Origin: Botryllus schlosseri
Lineage: Eukaryota
DNA length: 64,000 nucleotides
Direction: 5' to 3'
Assembly: GCA_051294905.1 (NCBI GenBank)
Contig: CM119373.1
Location: 1,180,001-1,244,000 of the forward strand
Numbering within the stretch: position 1 is the stretch's first letter; each line of letters starts with the position of its first letter. A model generated the notes under the pieces. It saw nothing but the letters and a program-made list of their open reading frames with translations. It was not told the origin of the DNA and searched no databases. Below, piece by piece: positions 60,701-64,000 of the stretch. The position numbers and the translations under genes are program-made.

Positions 60701-62896
60701 TGTATGATTGCATGCACAGTTGTTAATGTACAATGTTCTTTCCAATTCTCTACTAGCTGCTGACGAATACTACTGAGGACTGTCAGCCCAAAATATTCAT
60801 GTTTATTTCAATATCGATATACCATTCAATTGTGTATAGAAGGTCTGTATGTCCATTGTCCAAGATTCTCCTATCTATTTTAGGCAAGATTTATTCCATG
60901 TATTTGCTCTGTACTCTGTGTGGACAATATATCGACATAATTTGTTCTTTTTGTTTCAGCTGATCTACTTCAAGCTAATCCACGAAAGATTCATCAGCGA
61001 CCGCATGAGGGATTTCGTGGATCTGTGCTCCGTTTCAAACGTAATGCATAGTAACTATCGTCGGTACTCGATTATGCGTAGAAGTGTTGGATTCTAAGTT
61101 AAAAAGAAATATTGTAGGCCTAATTTCGCCCCTAATAAACAAAAAAACTGTCAAGTACAAGTGATGATGATCTGAACACATAACCTTAGTGCAGGTTGAT
61201 AAAACCTACTTGAGTAGTCATAAAAAGTAACATTACCCTGTCACTGACCATCTCTGCTGGCTACAAGTACTTGTTGTTGCTAATTCCATTACAATTTAGC
61301 AAATTTTTTGAGATTTGTGATGCATACCCTCAGAATTGTGCAATATTTACAAATGTTCTTTTTTGAATTCTGAGGAAATTTCTGAGAAAAAATTCTAAAT
61401 ATTTTTGTCACTAGGTGGTGCTACATACAAAATATTTAAAATCGATATTTGTCGCTTTAATGATGGTAGAGAACCAATTAAAATGTCCAATTAACCAATT
61501 CTGGGGCCAAGGAATTGAAAAAAATCAACTGTTTCGCTCTAATCTTAATCAAAAAAAGTGTATGAAATGAGTGACCCCGGTTGATTGTGCGAAACCATTT
61601 CAGGTGAGCGTGTTCATACTGTCGCAACAAGCCTACGGATATTACATACACGGACGATCCATTCACGGTAAAGCCGACACCGATATGTCCGAGATGAATG
61701 TCATGATGAAACGAGAAGAGGTTGGTAGAAAACTGCTTACACTGTGGTAAATTTTCAAAAATTATGGGCTGGTGATTAATATGTATCAAAATGATACACA
61801 TACAGCACGCTAGTACATCAATTAGTTATTGCATATTCAGTCCATGTGATTGTTGAGCTTAAGCTTTCGGTCTGACAATGTTCTTATTTACTGGTTTGGT
61901 GGAAGAAAGTTTGAGAATTTCATTAGGCTTAGGGTACGATGTGGTAATTTTTATACTAAATAGAGTCAAACTGTCATTTTCGAAGCTCGATGGAGGTCGC
62001 CGTCTCTTACATCTTCAACGAGTCAATTTTTTAAATTTCTTTCTTGCATAGTGTGTAGCGTTATGAAATGAATGAGGATATATTTTGTTAATTTTTCGTG
62101 GCTTCCTGAAAATGGCTCGCGGACAACTAGTTCATTCCAGTCCTCTAATTAAAGCAAATTCAACAAAATGCCGGTAACTTAATTGTAATCTAGTTTATAG
62201 TTTTCCTGAAAATTGATACAAGAGAACGATATAATGCTAATTGAGCTAAGCTTAAATTAGTGTACAATTATGAGGACCAACCATAATGCGATAGGGACTG
62301 GACTTGCTTTTTATCGTCGTTCGTTCAAATTCGGAATGTAATTCAATTTCATTCATTAGTTTTAATCCTAATCTAATTTGAAAAACGTGAAAATTTTGTA
62401 GTTGCTCAACCCTGGTTGAGAAGCACTGATATAAATGTGTTCATTTTCGATGACAACGCGACTTATTCTGGATATTTTCCGTTACCAGGAAGATCTGGTG
62501 CCGAGACGCGGGCTCGAGACGGGTTCCGACAAGCAAGTCTTCGAATTGCTCATCCCGCCAAAGATGAGAGTACAGTACGACAAAATCTACGAGCCATTGC
62601 AGCAACAGGTAGGCTCTTTTCTGCATGATTTTGTGTTCGGGCGAGATCAGGGGCTCTCAATCTGTGGACCATGGCCAATGTACGCTGCGTTTACTGCCAG
62701 ATCAAAGAGCTTTTGGGTCTTTTAGCACTTGAAGATTTGAATGGCCATGGCGGTAACGTCATGTGTTGATAGCATTTATAATATGCGCGTCTATTTAGAA
62801 TTGTCAACTACTTGCTGACGATTATTCAATTGAAGAATTTACCGAATTAACGAATCTCATTACTTTTTCAGATACGTTCTCAGCCTCAAGGCAATG
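30591..62896 (+). CDS. TMEM67: Meckelin / transmembrane protein 67 (MKS3): 24 coding exons in window, 3' end lies beyond the window
   Basis: Manually spliced exons with GT-AG introns and consistent phases give 2407 nt (about 802 aa) without a stop. The product has a signal peptide, a Cys-rich CxxC domain, and meckelin motifs WREGRLPWLYY, WQLVSRFFLVD, GSIYPPLL, VDIFFLDWERP, ISIWRTYFIANEWNEIQ, FVDLCSVSN and YGYYIHGRSIHGKADTDM. Confidence 0.96.
32199..32278 (+). CDS. TMEM67: TMEM67 exon 2
   Basis: ttccaag| GYSCSCQSTYAQNVQSPRRLQCTLCPS |gtaagt. Confidence 0.85.
32398..32926. mobile_element. Foldback MITE (TAGGG termini, long TIRs, AAATTTGGTTCAATTCCAACC units)
   Basis: Self-complementary; same family as 39875-40387, 42354-42977, 49739-50229 and the degenerate 30780-32150. 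Confidence 0.8.
33115..33158 (+). ncRNA. Minimal type I hammerhead ribozyme motif in a Penelope pseudo-LTR fragment
   Basis: ACCC-CTGACGA-G(TGTCAGC)C-GAAA-ATAT-TC-GGGT; predicted cleavage after C33154. Confidence 0.7.
33830..34697 (-). mobile_element. Non-autonomous hAT element with dimerisation-domain remnant
   Basis: Termini TA(G/T)GGCGATT...AATCGCCCT(A/G); - strand reads TATVERSFSILGKLL; copies at 40451, 44183 and 53856. Confidence 0.8.
34817..34898 (+). CDS. TMEM67: TMEM67 exon 3
   Basis: ttctag| GLTTPDGYFCATCSSVSCSCAATESLT |gtaaaa, phase 0 to 1. Confidence 0.85.
35204..35830 (-). mobile_element. CR1-like LINE 3' fragment with (CT)n tail
   Basis: Decayed KRSIDYS*PIIRNELPQDI (ORF2 C-terminus) plus a 3' UTR shared with 26760-26945. 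Confidence 0.7.
36202..36283 (+). CDS. TMEM67: TMEM67 exon 4
   Basis: tcacag| VAYSALGTATMSCTSCSETYLAGTGSQ |gtaagg, phase 1 to 2. Confidence 0.82.
36296..36853. mobile_element. hAT-type MITE (CAGGGTTGTAA TIR, GACTCGAGTC arrays)
   Basis: CAGGGTTGTAAT...GTTACAACCCTG; other copies at 43297-43891, 45570-46038, 49238-49677, 52600-53111 and 56336-56813. Confidence 0.88.
38039..39299 (+). mobile_element. Chapaev3-like (CMC) DNA transposon, internally deleted
   Basis: CAC...GTG termini (CACTGGTCTACA), long imperfect TIRs (about 290 bp), 3-bp TSD TTA, and remnant LKYHEHGWLICLDLKRVNFLLGQQIGYTKFPCFLCYWNS. Confidence 0.8.
39356..39482 (+). CDS. TMEM67: TMEM67 exon 5
   Basis: caacag| SCNPCPDCESVCTASGTSPIYTGGLCFND...VPTS |gtgagt, phase 2 to 0. 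Confidence 0.87.
39875..40387. mobile_element. Foldback MITE copy
   Basis: TSD ATGGACAA/ATGGGCAA; palindromic. Confidence 0.82.
40451..41303 (-). mobile_element. Non-autonomous hAT element copy
   Basis: TAGGGTGATT...GATCGCCCTA; - strand reads QPTTVAVERS. Confidence 0.8.
41342..41398 (+). CDS. TMEM67: TMEM67 exon 6
   Basis: ttacag| TNAYVNENLVAAYGACMAD |gtgagt. Confidence 0.85.
41458..41600 (+). CDS. TMEM67: TMEM67 exon 7
   Basis: follows a 59-nt intron; KAGIKNQTACASLANMCVM... (meckelin N-T-C-x-x-L-x-NMCVM motif); donor TG|gtggga, phase 2. Confidence 0.88.
42354..42977. mobile_element. Foldback MITE copy
   Basis: TAGGGCTCTTCAAAAATGAC...GTCATTTTTAAAGAGCCCCA; about 200-bp arms. Confidence 0.82.
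43132..43228 (+). CDS. TMEM67: TMEM67 exon 8
   Basis: ttatag| (W)REGRLPWLYYEIALND...NFSP |gtaagt. Confidence 0.92.
43297..43891. mobile_element. CAGGGTTGTAA-family MITE copy
   Basis: TIRs present; flanking AGTTCAG duplicated. Confidence 0.85.
44026..44112 (+). CDS. TMEM67: TMEM67 exon 9
   Basis: tttcag| DTVLDLVVAQYRANGTFLGMASVQNGLIQ |gtgaag. Confidence 0.9.
44183..45027 (-). mobile_element. Non-autonomous hAT element copy
   Basis: Collinear with 40451-41303. Confidence 0.8.
45292..45357 (+). CDS. TMEM67: TMEM67 exon 10
   Basis: tttcag| LCQDKSTVSNAAYEFGTEFASS |gtgagt. Confidence 0.9.
46090..46359 (+). mobile_element. tRNA-derived SINE, full length
   Basis: A box TAGCGCAGTGG, B box GGTTCGAGTCC, AAAC tail, and 16-bp TSD ACTATCA(G/C)TGGTGTAG. 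Confidence 0.88.
46464..46846 (-). mobile_element. Penelope-like 3' fragment (GIY-YIG C-terminus plus pseudo-LTR)
   Basis: AIGRHLLDNPICAKNY...KLCQQKEFVYPLKIVH, nearly identical to the end of the 47571-48974 ORF. Confidence 0.88.
47006..47162 (+). CDS. TMEM67: TMEM67 exon 11
   Basis: ttccag| CTLSVSDLL...YSMYLRY...LLHPVPVLVSNY...VNQ G|gtgagt. Confidence 0.92.
47436..47479 (-). ncRNA. Minimal hammerhead ribozyme motif in the PLE 3' repeat
   Basis: Intact CTGACGA / GAAA / TTC core with ACCC:GGGT stem I. Confidence 0.7.
47571..48974 (-). CDS. Penelope-like reverse transcriptase / GIY-YIG endonuclease (N-terminally truncated, open frame)
   Basis: SFDISSLFTNVP, QIDGLAMGSPLGPILANIF, YRRYVDDTF, LSFLDV, VFRKPT and VVYEYRCHCDCGYVGRTSRRLQDRINQH. 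Confidence 0.95.
   Translation of the reverse strand: MEPVRELYGTECVRDSFTFAGEIRNLDLPNPDVFLSSFDISSLFTNVPLHETIDICANALYGGKLPPPSIPRNVFVELLQAATCSVEFSFNEVMFRQIDGLAMGSPLGPILANIFVGYYEGELLSQRESAKPLLYRRYVDDTFVIFRNESECDQFLIRLNSLHPALQFTIEKERNNSLSFLDVLVEKRNTNKFETSVFRKPTFTGQYLRWNSFSPRRRKINLIGTLVHRALMICSGNKLSLELDYIRKILLDNGYPEHVISRGMERKLTQFNAEKRTEPTARIIKDVYIHLPWIGPISTRFEKQLISAVGKCYDTVKTNVIFTTTQLLPSTRKDVLPALQQSNVVYEYRCHCDCGYVGRTSRRLQDRINQHVPRFIRTCASRDVKSSPLTHPLKIDADRSKAINSAIGKHLLDNPICANNYRDDRFRIVGRGRSQFHLCALESTFIKIHQPKLCQQKEFVYHLKIVH
49076..49119 (+). ncRNA. Minimal hammerhead ribozyme motif in the inverted pseudo-LTR
   Basis: Intact core; predicted cleavage after C49115. Confidence 0.7.
49238..49677. mobile_element. 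CAGGGTTGTAA-family MITE copy (reverse orientation)
   Basis: TSD GTGACGAT/GTGAGGAT. Confidence 0.85.
49739..50229. mobile_element. Foldback MITE copy
   Basis: TAGGGCTGTTCAAAAA...TTTTTGAACAGCCCTA; perfect 8-bp TSD GTGCCTAG. Confidence 0.88.
50616..51815. mobile_element. Buster-type hAT element
   Basis: TIR CAAGGGTTCTCA...TGAGAACCCCTG with GTGGCCCAC subterminal motifs. Confidence 0.7.
51966..52071 (+). CDS. TMEM67: TMEM67 exon 12
   Basis: tttcag| ESDTSEWQLVSRFFLVDTLS...YLQL GA|gtgagt. Confidence 0.92.
52136..52235 (+). CDS. TMEM67: TMEM67 exon 13
   Basis: follows a 64-nt intron; IELKPATSTGSIYPPLLHVTY...TVE |gtattg. Confidence 0.9.
53352..53408 (+). CDS. TMEM67: TMEM67 exon 14
   Basis: gttcag| AIFNVHYIASTFDQREGLK |gtgtga. 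Confidence 0.85.
53471..53569 (+). CDS. TMEM67: TMEM67 exon 15 (first TM segment)
   Basis: follows a 62-nt intron; ISMSILGVLAVLYAAVEASGWRRRQGLPFIEFN |gtaagt. Confidence 0.92.
53660..53790 (-). mobile_element. Solo Penelope pseudo-LTR fragment (hammerhead GAAA mutated)
   Basis: Matches 47420-47545. Confidence 0.82.
53856..54638 (-). mobile_element. Non-autonomous hAT element copy
   Basis: TSD GTTATAAT/GTCATAAT; - strand reads AQLQCCQPATAAVERSF. Confidence 0.82.
54855..54953 (+). CDS. TMEM67: TMEM67 exon 16
   Basis: tttcag| TIVHFVIYTISNAANMFFVVMFGYTFVLLFYFK |gtaagt. Confidence 0.92.
55070..55162 (+). CDS. TMEM67: TMEM67 exon 17
   Basis: ttgcag| GQMIATTYVPANNSYETYLFFVFICCGFVFK |gtattc. Confidence 0.9.
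55430..55697. mobile_element. Inverted pair of Penelope pseudo-LTR fragments; intact hammerhead motif at 55614-55657 (+)
   Basis: - copy at 55430-55560 abutting a + copy at 55570-55697. Confidence 0.82.
56336..56813. mobile_element. CAGGGTTGTAA-family MITE nested in a Buster-type MITE (about 56083-56904)
   Basis: Perfect TSD GTCAATTC. Confidence 0.85.
57121..57276 (+). CDS. TMEM67: TMEM67 exon 18
   Basis: ttacag| ...QSFVDIFFLDWERPR...ISIWRTYFIANEWNEIQ |gtgtgt; hallmark meckelin motifs. Confidence 0.97.
57337..57393 (+). CDS. TMEM67: TMEM67 exon 19
   Basis: follows a 60-nt intron; TSRKVNTTLQLFIVVFFLE |gtgggt. Confidence 0.93.
57880..58773. mobile_element. CAGTGTTGGGAT-family MITE copy
   Basis: Perfect TSD TCAACTAC; paralog of 24789-25842. 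Confidence 0.9.
59920..60330. repeat. Degenerate tandem array (CTGTGTAGCTAT..TTCTAATCTA..TTGAAAA, roughly 35-40-nt unit)
   Basis: About 9 visible units. Confidence 0.65.
60414..60554 (+). CDS. TMEM67: TMEM67 exon 20
   Basis: ttcaag| IVNFKNFALLN...PAYSDLLRFGVS...LLQ |gtttgt. Confidence 0.93.
60575..60845. mobile_element. Degenerate inverted pair of Penelope pseudo-LTR fragments
   Basis: GGCTGACACTCGCCATGGGTAATCGTCAGC (-) followed by TTCCAATTCTCTACTAGCTGCTGACGA...TGTCAGCCCAAAATATTC (+). Confidence 0.7.
60960..61040 (+). CDS. TMEM67: TMEM67 exon 21
   Basis: tttcag| LIYFKLIHERFISDRMRDFVDLCSVSN |gtaatg. Confidence 0.95.
61604..61720 (+). CDS. TMEM67: TMEM67 exon 22
   Basis: tttcag| VSVFILSQQAYGYYIHGRSIHGKADTDMSEMNVMMKREE |gttggt. 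Confidence 0.95.
62489..62608 (+). CDS. TMEM67: TMEM67 exon 23
   Basis: taccag| EDLVPRRGLETGSDKQVFELLIPPKMRVQYDKIYEPLQQQ |gtaggc. Confidence 0.93.
62872..62896 (+). CDS. TMEM67: TMEM67 putative 25-nt microexon 24
   Basis: tactttttcag| ATACGTTCTCAGCCTCAAGGCAATG |gtgagt; in frame (IRSQPQGN) with strong splice sites. Confidence 0.65.
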
Positions 62897-63429
62897 GTGA
62901 GTATTTCCGTTTTTTTCAGCATGTCAGTGAAAAACCTTGTATTTAACAGTAGGGTGATATTTTGAGATTGGTACTGCGGCTGTACACATTGAATTGAGGT
63001 CGTCTACCAATCGAAATATTCGGAGTCGAGGAGTGAGAGTTTATTTCTTTTAGTAACGAAATTTAGAGTCTCGGGAAATATAGTATCAGTACTTTCCTCC
63101 CACGATGGGAGCCTTGAACATTGGTCATATCATAGCGAACGATATATAAGACTATGAATGCCCATGCCCATGGAACCGACATTCTGTGATCTATCCTCGA
63201 TATGGGCACCAACTTCAATGGAAAGATCATGGCTCGAGGTTACCTAGACCAAAGTTATTTTTGATGAAATGTGACTGGGGAAATCGAGTCCCCGAGTCAT
63301 TCCAATTTCAGTCGAGTATGAAGCTTCAATTCGAGTATTTGAGTAACACTCATTATGATTTCATAACAGTTTGAAAGAAGGGCACAATTCAAATATGTAC
63401 CTTTTATGATTGTGAAGAATATGGGACAC

Positions 63430-63882
63430 TTCTTCGATAGTAGGCAGACATCGAACATGTTTCTCATGACCACGTCAAAATATACTATTTTTTTCCGCAT
63501 TGGAATTAGGGTTGGGGGAGGGGATATTAGTGTTATGGAGAGCGATATTAGGGTTGGAGGTGGAATAGGGTCAAAGCTGAGGTTAGGGTATCCCATGATT
63601 AGGGTTGGGGTGAGGGACACTATGTCCAACCCTAATATCCCCCTCCTCCAACCCTAACCTTGGGATACCATAACTCCAACTTTGACCCTAACCCTAATAT
63701 TCCCCCAACCCTAATATCGCCCACCCTAATATTAATATCCCCTCCCCCAACTCTATTATACCTCACCCCAACCCTCATCTTGGGATACCCTGACCCTCTC
63801 CCAACCCAAATATCCTCTCCACAGGTAAAACCACTTATTTTGGCTTTTATAAATTTTGATGTCTTCCTACTATCGAAGAAGC
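63430..63882. repeat. Palindromic element with telomere-like TTAGGG/CCCTAA arms (relatives at 6225-6350 and 8420-8572)
   Basis: G-rich arm at 63500-63615, C-rich arm at 63625-63810, and outer inverted repeat CTTCTTCGATAGTAGG...CCTACTATCGAAGAAG. Confidence 0.65.
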
Positions 63883-64000
63883 AGCAGATATCGTGGCGGC
63901 TCTCCGTCACATCAAAGATAATTTGGTATTGGACTTTGTGACAATGTTGTGGATTGATCATAATAGCAATATGTCATTTCCAGTAACGTGTGTGGCTTTG

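Noticed and set aside
63500..63810. Telomere-fusion site
   Set aside because: The repeats are highly degenerate, intronic, and related structures occur at two other loci in the window.

Overview
Animal (invertebrate-like, possibly tunicate; not determinable from sequence alone) genomic DNA that is saturated with transposable elements. The right half holds the first 24 coding exons of a TMEM67/meckelin (MKS3) gene on the + strand (30591 to 62896 and beyond; about 802 codons, all introns GT-AG with consistent phases). Its introns are either minimal (59-64 nt) or inflated by TEs. The left half is intergenic TE landscape plus a probable decayed multi-exon gene on the - strand. Main points of interest: (1) a young Penelope-like retroelement (RT + GIY-YIG) whose terminal repeat carries a minimal hammerhead-ribozyme motif with a predicted loop-II pseudoknot/switch, present in about 11 copies, three of them intact and sense within the TMEM67 pre-mRNA; (2) a very young non-autonomous LTR retrotransposon whose only ORF is a 396-aa protein of 48-aa tandem repeats; (3) this LTR element sits at the centre of a five-level nested insertion stack with a recognisable TSD at every level. 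Also present: Buster/SPIN-type hAT and Chapaev3-like transposase fossils, a Harbinger-like element, a tRNA-derived SINE, CR1/L2-like tails, an L1/Tx1 fragment with a 5' inversion, and many MITEs. All family assignments come from motif recognition by eye; no searches were run.
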